The notes under the pieces are model-generated. The model saw only the letters and a list, made by a program, of their open reading frames with translations, was not told the DNA's origin and did not search any database. From Candidatus Zixiibacteriota bacterium (GTDB lineage: Bacteria > RBG-13-66-14 > B26-G2 > WVWN01): a DNA stretch of 64,000 nt. The DNA is taken from positions 6,360 to 70,359 of the forward strand of contig JAUWLW010000007.1 of NCBI GenBank assembly GCA_030613505.1, given 5' to 3'. Below, in pieces: positions 45,292-54,756 of the stretch (the first letter of the stretch is position 1; each line of letters opens with the position of its first letter). The position numbers and the translations under genes are program-made.

Positions 45292-46020
45292 TTACCTCAA
45301 TCTCAGAACGCGGTGAACCTGCGGTATAAGCCGCACGTCCGGGAGGATCGTCGTGAGTTGGGTAGTGAGGACAAGTAGCCGCTCCGCTTCGCCGGGAGGA
45401 GGAGGTTTTTCGTCGTAACGCGGTTGGACGATGAAGGGAATATGGCCCCCCACGTCCGCGACGAGGCGGGCCGCTTCCATAACTTCTCTCTCTCCGGTGT
45501 CCGGGCCCACGACGACCTTAACGTAGCAAGTTTTTTGCATGGCGATCGTGAGGAAGTTTTTAGTTGCGTTAACCGGCAAACGCCGTTCCGAGAACGACGG
45601 GAGCTTTACGTCTACGGCGACGACGTCGATCCTCGGTATCACCTCCGCCAACTCGCGGTGATGGTAACCCCGCGTTTCGAGTAAAACGTGTTTACCCGTT
45701 TCGGAAAGACGGGTCAGGAGGAGGGACAAAAAACCGGGTTGCTCCAGCGGCTCGCCACCCGTGATCGCGAGGAACGGGAGACCTCGCAGGAGGGGCGTCG
45801 CGTGTGCCGTTAGGTCGACGACCTTCACCGGGTTGGCAACGACTTTGGCGGTGGGGCCGTGAATGGGGAATTGCGACATTTGCGTCCGCGCGCGGGGCGT
45901 ATCGCAACGCTCGCATGCCGCCTGGCACCCGCCGAACCGAATGAACAACATCGGCGTGCCGACCAGCGGCCCCTCGCCCTGGACGCTTATAAATACTTCG
46001 TCAATATACCCTTTCAGCAT
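45292..46020 (-). CDS. queE: 7-carboxy-7-deazaguanine synthase (radical SAM)
   Basis: FIRFGGCQAACERCDT has the CxxxCxxC cluster motif with QueE-type context; 242 aa; last gene of the que operon. Confidence 0.8.
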   Translation of the reverse strand: MLKGYIDEVFISVQGEGPLVGTPMLFIRFGGCQAACERCDTPRARTQMSQFPIHGPTAKVVANPVKVVDLTAHATPLLRGLPFLAITGGEPLEQPGFLSLLLTRLSETGKHVLLETRGYHHRELAEVIPRIDVVAVDVKLPSFSERRLPVNATKNFLTIAMQKTCYVKVVVGPDTGEREVMEAARLVADVGGHIPFIVQPRYDEKPPPPGEAERLLVLTTQLTTILPDVRLIPQVHRVLRLR

Positions 46021-46574
46021 ACGCCCCTGACTTTACCAAGCGCTTCGACGAAACGTTCCACTTCGTCAACATATCTGGACATCACGACCGCGGCCAGTTC
46101 CTCGGCGTCAACGCCCAGCCGTCCCAGGTCGGAGACCTCTACCGGCGCGCCGGTACCGTCTACGTTGACGCCGAAGTGTATGATCGCCGACGTAGGCGAC
46201 GACGTGGCTATGGAGACCGTCAACTTGCCGTCCCCCGCGTAAACGTCGTCCCCTTCGCGCCGAAGCGGCGCTTGCGGCGCCCGCCGCCGCACTTCCTCCA
46301 GGATGATGGCGGCCAACAGGCGTTGTCGCCATATGGCTTCCGCCAGCGCCAAGCCGAAGTGTTCGACGATGAAATGCAGCATCCGCGCGGCGACGATCTT
46401 CGCGCCGGCGTGCCGGTCCGCCAGGTCCACAAGGTTTTCCGTGGGAACGTCGCAGGGCCCGACGAAAGCGACGATGGCGTCGCCCGCGACGCCGAAGTTC
46501 TTCAACGCGAAATGGCCGTACAGCTCGGTATAGGGCCGTTCGGTACGTTCGAAATAAGTTTTTAGGGATACCAC
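46014..46574 (-). CDS. Conserved hypothetical protein embedded in the queD-queC-queE operon (possibly DUF366-like)
   Basis: 186 aa with no recognised catalytic motif, translationally coupled to queE (7-nt overlap) and 54 nt downstream of queC. Confidence 0.55.
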   Translation of the reverse strand: MVSLKTYFERTERPYTELYGHFALKNFGVAGDAIVAFVGPCDVPTENLVDLADRHAGAKIVAARMLHFIVEHFGLALAEAIWRQRLLAAIILEEVRRRAPQAPLRREGDDVYAGDGKLTVSIATSSPTSAIIHFGVNVDGTGAPVEVSDLGRLGVDAEELAAVVMSRYVDEVERFVEALGKVRGVC

Positions 46575-46627
46575 GTTGCCATTTAAAATCGATAATCAAA
46601 CCGTTTTAAAACCAATAGTTCTGTAAA

Positions 46628-47320
46628 TCATTTCTTTCGCAACGGCCCGCCGAATATTTCCTCGCGCAGCTCGGGATAACCCGCCGCTTCCACCGCCGCC
46701 GCGGTACGCCGGCAGGAGGCGCAACGCCCACAAGGCCGCGGCCCCTCGCCGTAACACGGATATACGTACCTCAGCGGTACGCCCATACGAACCGCTCTTT
46801 TCACTATAGCAGCTTTTCCCAGCGAGCTCGTATACGACACGAGCTTGACCTTGCCGGCCGTAGAGTAGCCAAGCGCGCGGTTCGCGGCCTTCACGAACGC
46901 CGCCGAGTTATCGGGGAAGTAAGCCGCCTCGTCGGCGTTGAAGCCGGCTACCACTACGTGGGCGCCGAGAGCTTCGGCGAACGCCGCGCCAACGGCCACG
47001 AAGACGCCGTTCCTGTTCGGCACCCAAACCGCATCTACGTCCGAAAGGCGAGAGGGGAGGGGCGCGCCTACTTCGCCTAGTCGTCGCGGCAATAGGTCGC
47101 GAAACCACGGCAACGGAACGAGCCGCCGGTCGATGCCGTAATAAGCGCATAGTTTCTTTGCCGCGCGGGCCTCTGCCCGGGCCGCCCGGTGGCCGTAGTC
47201 GAAGGTCAGCGCCAGTGCCGGCGCGCGGTAACGCCGGGCGAGCGCCAGGTTGAGGGCGGAATCGAGGCCTCCGGATAGCAGGACAACGGCGTTATAGGTC
47301 CGGGACGAACGACGCGGCAT
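46628..47320 (-). CDS. queC: 7-cyano-7-deazaguanine synthase
   Basis: PP-loop VLLSGGLDS and a C-terminal zinc-binding CxxC...CxxC (CGRCASC). Confidence 0.85.
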   Translation of the reverse strand: MPRRSSRTYNAVVLLSGGLDSALNLALARRYRAPALALTFDYGHRAARAEARAAKKLCAYYGIDRRLVPLPWFRDLLPRRLGEVGAPLPSRLSDVDAVWVPNRNGVFVAVGAAFAEALGAHVVVAGFNADEAAYFPDNSAAFVKAANRALGYSTAGKVKLVSYTSSLGKAAIVKRAVRMGVPLRYVYPCYGEGPRPCGRCASCRRTAAAVEAAGYPELREEIFGGPLRKK

Positions 47321-47669
47321 ATTTCGGCGACTCCTCGACCGTTACGCGGCGCAACGTCGCGCCCAGCGCTTTGACCTTCGGCGCCAATTTCTCATAAACG
47401 AAGGCCGCGACGTTTTCCGCGGTGGCGTTGCGGGCCGAAAACGCGGGTAACTCGTTCAAATTCCGGTGGTCCAAAACTTCCAGCACGTCGCCAAGGTGCT
47501 TGCTTAATTCCTTGAAGTCTACGGCGATTCCTATTTCGTTCAAGGTGGCAGCTTCGGCGACGACGGTTACGGCGAAGTTATGGCCGTGCAGCCTTTCGCA
47601 CGAGCCGTCATACCCGCGAACCGCGTGCGCGGCCGCGAACCGACCCTCGACCTTAACTAGATAAGCCAT
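47292..47669 (-). CDS. queD: 6-carboxy-5,6,7,8-tetrahydropterin synthase
   Basis: 125 aa PTPS fold with the zinc and catalytic motif CERLHGHNF. Confidence 0.85.
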   Translation of the reverse strand: MAYLVKVEGRFAAAHAVRGYDGSCERLHGHNFAVTVVAEAATLNEIGIAVDFKELSKHLGDVLEVLDHRNLNELPAFSARNATAENVAAFVYEKLAPKVKALGATLRRVTVEESPKYAASFVPDL

Positions 47670-47675
47670 AACTTA

Positions 47676-48317
47676 TTAAATCTCCAAAGGTTTGGTTTCG
47701 AGCATCCTCCCGTGAGCCATTTCTAATAATAGCCCGTACAAAAGGTCCACCTTCTTTGCCAGTTCGGCTAAGGGCCCAGAGTTGTCGACTATAACGTCCG
47801 CCCGAGCACGCTTGCGTTGGTCGTCGAATTGGCGGGATTGGCGGGCGTGGAAATTTTCCTCGCCGTACTTGCTCCACGACCGTTGCTTGCGAACCTCCTC
47901 GGGAGCGTCCACCACGACGACGACGTCGACCGGCAACGCCGTACCCCATTCTACTATAAGAGCCGCGTCTATGACAACCACGTCGGCGTCTTCGTGGGCC
48001 GCCACCTCGCGCTTTATGCGTTCCCACAACGGCGGGTGGACTACGGCATTCAGTCGCTCCGCCGCCTCCTCGGACGCGAACGCTGCTCTAGCTAAAGCGT
48101 TCCTGTCGACGTCGCCGCAAGCCATGAATATGGATGGTCCGAACGCTGCTCGTAGTTCTTTTTTTACGCGGCTCGACGTCGCCAAAACTTCCCGGCCCAA
48201 GGCGTCCGCGTCAATAATCGGAACCCCCTTCTTGGATAATAACTCGGCGACGGTACTCTTCCCGGCGCCGATTAACCCCGTAAGACCTACTACCAGCGTT
48301 TTGGACGACGTAACCAC
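47676..48317 (-). CDS. coaE: Dephospho-CoA kinase
   Basis: LVVGLTGLIGAGKSTVAE P-loop and a DADAL motif. Confidence 0.85.
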   Translation of the reverse strand: MVTSSKTLVVGLTGLIGAGKSTVAELLSKKGVPIIDADALGREVLATSSRVKKELRAAFGPSIFMACGDVDRNALARAAFASEEAAERLNAVVHPPLWERIKREVAAHEDADVVVIDAALIVEWGTALPVDVVVVVDAPEEVRKQRSWSKYGEENFHARQSRQFDDQRKRARADVIVDNSGPLAELAKKVDLLYGLLLEMAHGRMLETKPLEI

Positions 48318-48397
48318 GTATAATTTCTAACATTATATAAAACGAAACGCAAGTTTTTTCCTTGCTTTTATGGTAGTTACGTGATAATGTCCTTTAA

Positions 48398-49522
48398 GTG
48401 GAGAATAGTTTAGTCTGTTACGTTATTCGGAATTTAATAGTCGTTTTAGCCTTAGCTACGGCCGCCGCGCTGGCCGCCGACGAGATTCACCTACAAAAGG
48501 ATCTCTTTTCCGAAATACGAGGGATACCGGAAGTTGAAAGAGCGATGTTTAAAGAGGTTAACCGGGTTAGGGAAGAGCAAGGGTTACCTCCCCTTACGCA
48601 CGACGACGGTTTGACGGCCGCGGCGCGTCAGCACTCCGACGAGATGACACGGCTTTATTATTTTGCTCACGATTCGCCGACCCCCGGTTTAAAAAACGTT
48701 TTGGGCCGCGTCTACAGCGCCGGCCTTACGGATATATCGGTCGCGGAGAACCTGGCCTCCGAGAACAGCGTGCCCCCTTCCGCCGACGCGGAAGAGGTGG
48801 GCCGCAAACTCACCAAGCTATTCCTCGCGAGCGAATATCATCGCGAAAACATCCTCGACCGCCGTTTCACGCATTCGGGTATCGGGTGCGTGGCCTCCGA
48901 AGAAGGGACGCTTTTCTGTACCCAGGTCTTCTCTAAACGCTCCATAAAATTTAAAAAGATAAAACTCAAAAAGGAAACTGCTAACGTCCTGAAAGTGACC
49001 TTAACGCTAAAAACAGACGATTTGGTCGGCGTATGGTTAGACGAAGTTAATACCCGCATATTCGAACCCGAAAACGGTTCCGTAGCGGTCGACCTGTGGT
49101 TCCGCGTTGCCGGCGGCCCGCACAAAGTTGTCTTCGCGAGCCGACCTGCGGACGAATTCGGTACCATGAAAGGCTTCTTTATGGGCAAATTCGACCCGGC
49201 GAAACCGTTCGACTTCAGCGCCGGGATAACCGACGTTGACGTTACTTCGGAGAACCGAGAGCACGGAGAATCGACCATCTACGTCCTGGAGACCGAGGGG
49301 GAACTATTGACGAACGCCGAAGGCTTAAAAATAGCAGACGGCAACGTCCAAAACATTATTAAATTGAGGGGTAAAAAATTCAAAACGAAATACCCTATAT
49401 TGGCCGGGTCCGGCTTGCACGAAATATATTTCGTAACGGGTAACGAAACGGCCCACGGCCTAAAAGTAGACGCCGACCGCCCGCTCGCCGAGGCTTTCCG
49501 TCAAACGGTACCGGGAGATTAA
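48398..49522 (+). CDS. Secreted CAP/SCP-domain protein with C-terminal domain of unknown function
   Basis: Signal peptide; CAP (SCP/PR-1-like) region (VNRVREEQGLPPLTHDDGLTAAARQHSDEM...HRENIL..HSGIG). Confidence 0.6.
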   Translation: MENSLVCYVIRNLIVVLALATAAALAADEIHLQKDLFSEIRGIPEVERAMFKEVNRVREEQGLPPLTHDDGLTAAARQHSDEMTRLYYFAHDSPTPGLKNVLGRVYSAGLTDISVAENLASENSVPPSADAEEVGRKLTKLFLASEYHRENILDRRFTHSGIGCVASEEGTLFCTQVFSKRSIKFKKIKLKKETANVLKVTLTLKTDDLVGVWLDEVNTRIFEPENGSVAVDLWFRVAGGPHKVVFASRPADEFGTMKGFFMGKFDPAKPFDFSAGITDVDVTSENREHGESTIYVLETEGELLTNAEGLKIADGNVQNIIKLRGKKFKTKYPILAGSGLHEIYFVTGNETAHGLKVDADRPLAEAFRQTVPGD

Positions 49523-49529
49523 CGTTATT

Positions 49530-50477
49530 ATGAAGGTAGTTACGGCCGCCGAACGTACGAGCGAAGTGCTCGCCCAGATAGCGGACTTAAAAAAAGCTAA
49601 GAACGCGGCCTTCCTGGTGCACAATTACCAGATCGCCGAAGTCCAAGACATAGGGGATTTCGTCGGCGATTCCTTGGGGTTGGCTCAGGTCGCGGCCCAA
49701 ACCGACGCCGACGTCATCGTCTTATGCGGCGTTAGGTTTATGGCCGAGACAGCGAAGTTACTCAATCCGGAAAAGGCGATACTCTTACCGGAACAAGATG
49801 CAAATTGCCCTATGGCGCAGATGGTCCGCCCTGGAGACGTTTTGGCGCTCAAAGAGAAACACCCCGGCGCGGTCGTCGTATCGTACGTAAACACGACCGC
49901 GGCGACGAAAGCCGTGACCGACGTTTGTTGCACATCGGCCAACGCCGTAAAAGTCGTTTCTTCCATCCCGGAGGACCGCGAGATAATATTTACCCCCGAC
50001 CAACACCTGGGCGCGTTTGTGCGCAAAATGACCGGGCGCGACTTGATTATTTGGCCGGGGTGTTGCCCCACCCACGCCCGCGTTACCGCGGAGATGGTCC
50101 TGGAGGTCAAGGGTGAACACCCGGGCGCCGAAGTCGTGGTACACCCGGAATGCCGTATGGAGGTAATCGAGCTCGCGGACGCCGTGCGTTCCACGAGCGG
50201 TATGCTCAAGTACTGCGCAGAGTCGGCTGCCTCCGACTTCTTAATAGGTACCGAGAAGGGGATGCTGTACCCGTTGAAGAAACGCTGCCCCGGGAAAAAA
50301 TTCTGGCCCGTGGCCGAGGAGATGGTCTGCCCGAACATGAAGCTGACCAATCTCGAAAGCGTCCGTGCCGCGCTCGAGGATATGCAATACGAGATAACGG
50401 TGCCGCCGGATATCGCCGAACCCGCCCGACGGGCGATAGACCGCATGTTGGAGATAGGGCGGGAAAGCGGGAACTGA
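49530..50477 (+). CDS. nadA: Quinolinate synthase
   Basis: VHNYQIAEVQDIGDFVGDSL, the Cys ligands and the overall 3-repeat NadA architecture. Confidence 0.9.
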   Translation: MKVVTAAERTSEVLAQIADLKKAKNAAFLVHNYQIAEVQDIGDFVGDSLGLAQVAAQTDADVIVLCGVRFMAETAKLLNPEKAILLPEQDANCPMAQMVRPGDVLALKEKHPGAVVVSYVNTTAATKAVTDVCCTSANAVKVVSSIPEDREIIFTPDQHLGAFVRKMTGRDLIIWPGCCPTHARVTAEMVLEVKGEHPGAEVVVHPECRMEVIELADAVRSTSGMLKYCAESAASDFLIGTEKGMLYPLKKRCPGKKFWPVAEEMVCPNMKLTNLESVRAALEDMQYEITVPPDIAEPARRAIDRMLEIGRESGN

Positions 50478-50483
50478 GGAACG

Positions 50484-51326
50484 TTGGCCGTGCCGGCCGA
50501 TTCGGATTGGGATGACGTCATATCTCGGGCTCTCCAAGAGGACGTGGGCACAGGAGATCTGACGACTACTTTGCTCGGCGTCGGCGACGTACAGGCGCGA
50601 GCCGCGGTCGTCGCCCGCGACGACGGCGTCCTTTTCGGGATGGAAGTTGCGCACCGCGTCTTTCGTGCGTTAGACCGCCGGGTAATATTCAGAACCGTGG
50701 TAGAGGACGGTCGTAAATTTTCCGCGGGCCGGGCCGTGGCGAGGTTACAGGGGCCGGCCGGGCCGATATTGGCCGGCGAAAGGGTGGCGCTAAACTTTAT
50801 ACAACGGCTCTCGGGCATCGCGACGTTGACGGCGGCGTTCGTCGCGCGCGCCGATAACGTAACGGTGACGATACTAGATACGCGGAAGACGACGCCTGGC
50901 CTACGTTCGCTCGAGAAGGCCGCAGTACGGGCGGGAGGCGGCGAAAACCACCGCCTCGGCCTTTACGACGGCATCATGGTGAAGGACAGCCACAAATGGT
51001 TATGCGGCGGCGTTGCGGAAGCGGTTAAAAAAGCGCAAGAGAAACGCGGCCGCGGTATGCCGATTTATGTCGAGGTTGAAACCGCCGCGGAGGCGGAAGA
51101 GGCTGCAGCGGCTGGAGCCGACGTTATTATGCTCGATAACTTCGACCCCGACGCCGCGAGCGATGCATGCATCGCTATTGAAGGCCGCGCCGTCGTAGAG
51201 GTCTCGGGCGGCGTCACGTTGTCGAACGTAGCGGCGTACGCCCGCACGGGCGCGACACGCATATCCGTGGGCGCCCTGACCCATTCTGCGCCGGCGCTCG
51301 ATTTCTCCTTGGAAGTGGAGATTTAA
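50484..51326 (+). CDS. nadC: Nicotinate-nucleotide pyrophosphorylase (carboxylating)
   Basis: EDVGTGDLTT N-terminal motif and the QPRTase C-terminal TIM-like domain. Confidence 0.9.
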   Translation: MAVPADSDWDDVISRALQEDVGTGDLTTTLLGVGDVQARAAVVARDDGVLFGMEVAHRVFRALDRRVIFRTVVEDGRKFSAGRAVARLQGPAGPILAGERVALNFIQRLSGIATLTAAFVARADNVTVTILDTRKTTPGLRSLEKAAVRAGGGENHRLGLYDGIMVKDSHKWLCGGVAEAVKKAQEKRGRGMPIYVEVETAAEAEEAAAAGADVIMLDNFDPDAASDACIAIEGRAVVEVSGGVTLSNVAAYARTGATRISVGALTHSAPALDFSLEVEI

Positions 51327-51344
51327 GCCGCCGGGGGTAACGTC

Positions 51345-51698
51345 ATGGTTGAAGATTTTCTAAGCGACCGCCACAAGATATTTTACTCCATCGGCGAGGT
51401 CTCGGCGCTCACCGGCCTTAAAAGTCATATCCTCCGGTACTGGGAATCGGAGTTCCCGACGCTGAAGCCAGAGAAAAGGTCCAACGGCCGGCGCGCGTAT
51501 CGCAAGGCCGATATCCTGTTGATATTAGCCATAAAGAAATTGTTGTACAAAGAAGGCTACACCATCGCCGGAGCCCGCAAGAAACTCGCCGCCGCGCGCC
51601 GGCGGCCGAGCCAGGACAAGGATATGCTCGCCCAGCTCCGCGACGACCTCGAAAACTTGTTGGGCGTTCTCCGCGCCGAGAAGCGAAAGAAGCGGTAA
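51345..51698 (+). CDS. MerR-family transcriptional regulator
   Basis: HTH region YSIGEVSALTGLKSHILRYWESEF (MerR N-terminal) followed by a coiled-coil C-terminus. Confidence 0.75.
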   Translation: MVEDFLSDRHKIFYSIGEVSALTGLKSHILRYWESEFPTLKPEKRSNGRRAYRKADILLILAIKKLLYKEGYTIAGARKKLAAARRRPSQDKDMLAQLRDDLENLLGVLRAEKRKKR

Positions 51699-51721
51699 CC
51701 GCTCGGGGGGCGGGAAGCAAC

Positions 51722-51750
51722 TTGCATTTAAAGAGCCTATTTATTATAAT
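51722..51750 (+). promoter_or_regulatory. sigma70 promoter (TTGCAT-17 nt-TATAAT) for tRNA-Pro
   Basis: TTGCAT at 51722-51727, a 17-nt spacer, and TATAAT at 51745-51750; the tRNA begins at 51786. Confidence 0.5.
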
Positions 51751-51785
51751 AAACGGTCGCACGTCTACCGTGCGGCCGCGAATAT

Positions 51786-51859
<74 letters not shown>

Positions 51860-51869
51860 AAAATGTAAA

Positions 51870-51897
51870 GGAGACTCTCCAGGGAGCCTCCTTTTTT
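51870..51897 (+). terminator. Rho-independent terminator after tRNA-Pro(CGG)
   Basis: GGAGACUCUCC...AGGGAGCCUCC stem (about 9 bp with 1 mismatch) followed by UUUUUU. Confidence 0.55.
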
Positions 51898-51999
51898 ATG
51901 GTATACGCCAAAACGAACGACGTAAGGAAGTCCGGAAAATCGCCCTGGTCGCGCAAGGCCGTCGCCGAACGAAACGCCGCCGCGAGACGAATTTTTAGG

Positions 52000-52028
52000 T
52001 TGCCGCGCCGGCTCTTTTCATATATTAT
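52000..52028 (+). promoter_or_regulatory. sigma70-like promoter (TTGCCG-17 nt-TATTAT) for the second tRNA-Pro
   Basis: TTGCCG at 52000-52005, a 17-nt spacer, and TATTAT at 52023-52028; the tRNA begins at 52040. Confidence 0.4.
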
Positions 52029-52039
52029 ATTAATAGCCT

Positions 52040-52113
52040 TGGGGGCGTAGCGCAGTCCGGTAGCGCACCTGTATGGGGGGCAGGTGGTCGGAGGTTCAAA
52101 TCCTCTCGCCCCC
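52040..52113 (+). tRNA. tRNA-Pro (anticodon GGG)
   Basis: Acceptor GGGGGCG/CGCCCCC, anticodon stem CCUGU/GCAGG with loop AUGGGGG, T-arm GGAGG-UUCAAAU-CCUCU, discriminator A. Confidence 0.85.
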
Positions 52114-52162
52114 AAATTACCGCCACCGCGGCCCGCCGGGATCGCGCGTCGGCAATTTTTAT

Positions 52163-52615
52163 ATGTCAATACAAGTAAGCGTAATCGGCGACGCGGCCGC
52201 CGAGCCGGGGCTCGCCGAGACCGCCTACGAAGTCGGCCGTCGAGCCGCCGAACGCGGATGGGTCGTAATCACAGGCGGCCTGGGGGGTGCTATGGAAGCC
52301 GCGAGCAGGGGAGCCAAGGAAGCGGGGGGCACGACCGTAGGCATCCTTCCGACGTACGACGCCGCAGCCGCCAACGAATACGTCGAAATAATTATCCCCA
52401 CCGGATTGGGCCACGCGCGGAACGCAATGGTCGTCGCCGCGGCCGCCGGCGTGATAGCCGTTGGGGGTCGATACGGTACGCTCTCCGAAATCGCGCTGGC
52501 CTTAAAACTCGGCAAACCAGTAGTAGGAATAAATACCTGGCCCGGCATAGAGGGGGTATGGCCGGCACCGGATGCCGAACGCGCGATAAATAAGCTCGCG
52601 TCGTTATTAGAGTAA
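52163..52615 (+). CDS. LOG-family (SLOG/TIGR00725-like) Rossmann-fold protein
   Basis: ATG at 52163 (MSIQVSVIGDAA...). GGLGGAMEAASRGA and GGRYGTLSEIALA correspond to LOG-family motifs. The track ORF from 52073 overlaps the tRNA and is over-extended. Confidence 0.65.
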   Translation: MSIQVSVIGDAAAEPGLAETAYEVGRRAAERGWVVITGGLGGAMEAASRGAKEAGGTTVGILPTYDAAAANEYVEIIIPTGLGHARNAMVVAAAAGVIAVGGRYGTLSEIALALKLGKPVVGINTWPGIEGVWPAPDAERAINKLASLLE

Positions 52616-52621
52616 ACGAAG

Positions 52622-52909
52622 ATGCCTTCTGCCGATGTCGTTAGGCGCAGGTTATTATTTTCGGGTATAGTCCAAGGGGTGGGGTTCCGCTATTGGGCGG
52701 TGCGCGAATCGGCGGCCTTTAGCGTGACCGGCTACGTGCGGAACTTGTACGACGGCTCGGTGGAGGCCGTTCTGGAAGGGCCGCGCGACGACGTGACGAA
52801 CTTCGAACGGGTTCTCCGAGAAGGGCCGCCCTACGGTCGCATCCGTCGCGTGGACGGGATGGATGAGGAGCCGAGGGGAAAATTCGCATCGTTCGACGTT
52901 AAATTTTGA
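52622..52909 (+). CDS. acyP: Acylphosphatase
   Basis: 95 aa; the GIVQGVGFRYW and GYVRNLYDGSVEAV motifs. Confidence 0.85.
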   Translation: MPSADVVRRRLLFSGIVQGVGFRYWAVRESAAFSVTGYVRNLYDGSVEAVLEGPRDDVTNFERVLREGPPYGRIRRVDGMDEEPRGKFASFDVKF

Positions 52910-54756
52910 AAGGGGTGAAAATAATGTTTAGGTATAGACTATGCGCGGTTGCATTTTGCGTTGTTTTACTGTGCCCCGCGGTTACTGGCGCGACTCTCGA
53001 AGAGTTCGACGAAGTGCCGGTTACGCGTTGGGTTGACGGCGGCGGCGCAGAGCTAAAAACGCTCGAGCAAGTAAGGGCTTCGTGGTCGTCCAATTCGCCC
53101 TTCTTCATCGTACCCGTAAGACCTCCTCAACGGCGCGGGAACGTATGTTGTATCGTCGTCAACGACTCGCTTTACCCGAAAGTCGAACAAAAACTGGCGC
53201 GCGATTTCGTCGGCGCACTCGAGCGCGAGGGGTACACCGTAAATATATACCGTACGGCAGGCGGCGAGCCCAAAGACCTTCGCGATTTCTTAATCGGGCG
53301 ATATAACCAAGCCAGCGGGGAATTCACTGCCATATTCGTCGGCGACCTGCCGGTAGCCATGTTCGAGATCGAGGGCGGTTTTGAAAACGGTAAGCCGTTC
53401 CCCTGTGACCTCTTCTACATGGACCTCGACGGCGTATGGAAGGACGAGGGTTACGAGGAGGGCGTCTACGACGTACACGAGGGCGCGGTGGAAGCCGACA
53501 TCCGGTTCGGACGCTTGACCGCTGGCCCGCTGTCGTACGGTAGCTCCGTAGAAGCCGACCTCGTAAACCATTATATCGACAAGGTTTTGGCTTGCCGCGC
53601 CGGCGAACTCCGTTGCCTGGACAAAGCGCTATGTTACGTAGACGACGATTGGGAGCCGTGGGGACTCGAGTGGGCGAATAATTTACGTCTCGCTTATCCC
53701 GACGCCGACGCCGTGTACGACCCATACACAACGTGGGATACCGACTACGAAACCCGCCTTCGTCACGACTACGAATTCATTCAAGTTTGCGTGCACTCTA
53801 ATCCTCTCCTCCACCAATTCTTGCGCCCGGGCAGCCGCTCGAGCTATACGTATATGAGCGAACTCCACACCATCAAACCCTTGGCTCTTTTCTACAATCT
53901 ATTCGCGTGCTACAACGCCCGTTTCACCGAGACCGACTACATGGCCGGGTGGTACGCTTTTATGAACAACGACTACGGCCTAGCGGCGGTAGGCTCGACC
54001 AAAAGCGGGGGGATGTTGCACTTCGACGACTTCTACCGCCCCCTCGGCGGCGGAAAGACGCTCGGCGAAGCCTTCCGCTATTGGCTCGCGAAATGGGCGG
54101 ACGCCAACGGCAAAACGAGCCGTGACTGGCACTACGGCATGACCGTCGTCGGCGACCCGACGTTGCGTATAAGGCCGGACTATATCCCCGTCCTCATCCG
54201 CGGCTTCTCGGCCCGGAACGTTGGCGACGCCGTAGCGTTGGCGTGGGATTACGACCGCTTTTTTCCGGTACGCGGTTTTAACCTTTATCGCGCGTCGGGT
54301 GTGAGCGGACTTTCGGACTACAACCGCGTTAACCGCGCCCTGATCACCGGAACGCCGCCCATGCGGTACGTCGACGAAGGCGTATCGTCGGGGAGGACTT
54401 ATACGTACGAACTCGAAGCCATTAAGGGTACTGCCCGGCGAATAGTGGCGTCGGTCGACGTCGACGTAAAGGGGAAAAGGCCGCTGTCATTCGCTCTCGC
54501 ACCACCTAGCCCCAACCCGGCCTACCATCAGACGACGATAAGGTTCGCCGTCCGGGGCCCCGGCGCCACGCTGGCCGTTTACGACGTCAAAGGACGTAAA
54601 ATCAAGCAGTTCGACATATCGTCGGCAGGCCCGGGCCTCGTTACGTGGCAATTGAACGGCGGCGACGGTCGGCCCCTGGCGCCGGGCATATACATCATAA
54701 GGCTCCAAAACGGCCTTGACGTCGCCGCAGCCAGGCTCGTCGTGGTCCGCCGTTGA
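52906..54756 (+). CDS. Secreted protein with putative clan-CD (gingipain/C25-like) peptidase-like domain and C-terminal T9SS/FlgD-Ig-like sorting domain
   Basis: Signal peptide (AVAFCVVLLCPAVTGA). Central region with candidate His/Cys segments (VCVHSN, LFACYNARF); the peptidase assignment is tentative. The C-terminal roughly 80 aa (PSPNPAYHQTTIRFAV...LAVYDVKGRKIKQF...WQLNGGDGRPLAPGIYIIRL) match the por-secretion/FlgD-Ig C-terminal domain pattern. Confidence 0.6.
   Translation: MKGVKIMFRYRLCAVAFCVVLLCPAVTGATLEEFDEVPVTRWVDGGGAELKTLEQVRASWSSNSPFFIVPVRPPQRRGNVCCIVVNDSLYPKVEQKLARDFVGALEREGYTVNIYRTAGGEPKDLRDFLIGRYNQASGEFTAIFVGDLPVAMFEIEGGFENGKPFPCDLFYMDLDGVWKDEGYEEGVYDVHEGAVEADIRFGRLTAGPLSYGSSVEADLVNHYIDKVLACRAGELRCLDKALCYVDDDWEPWGLEWANNLRLAYPDADAVYDPYTTWDTDYETRLRHDYEFIQVCVHSNPLLHQFLRPGSRSSYTYMSELHTIKPLALFYNLFACYNARFTETDYMAGWYAFMNNDYGLAAVGSTKSGGMLHFDDFYRPLGGGKTLGEAFRYWLAKWADANGKTSRDWHYGMTVVGDPTLRIRPDYIPVLIRGFSARNVGDAVALAWDYDRFFPVRGFNLYRASGVSGLSDYNRVNRALITGTPPMRYVDEGVSSGRTYTYELEAIKGTARRIVASVDVDVKGKRPLSFALAPPSPNPAYHQTTIRFAVRGPGATLAVYDVKGRKIKQFDISSAGPGLVTWQLNGGDGRPLAPGIYIIRLQNGLDVAAARLVVVRR

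Noticed and set aside
49685-50818. 377-aa minus-strand ORF antisense to nadA/nadC
   Set aside because: Ser/Thr/Arg-rich, with no motifs, fully overlapping two strongly supported genes on the other strand.
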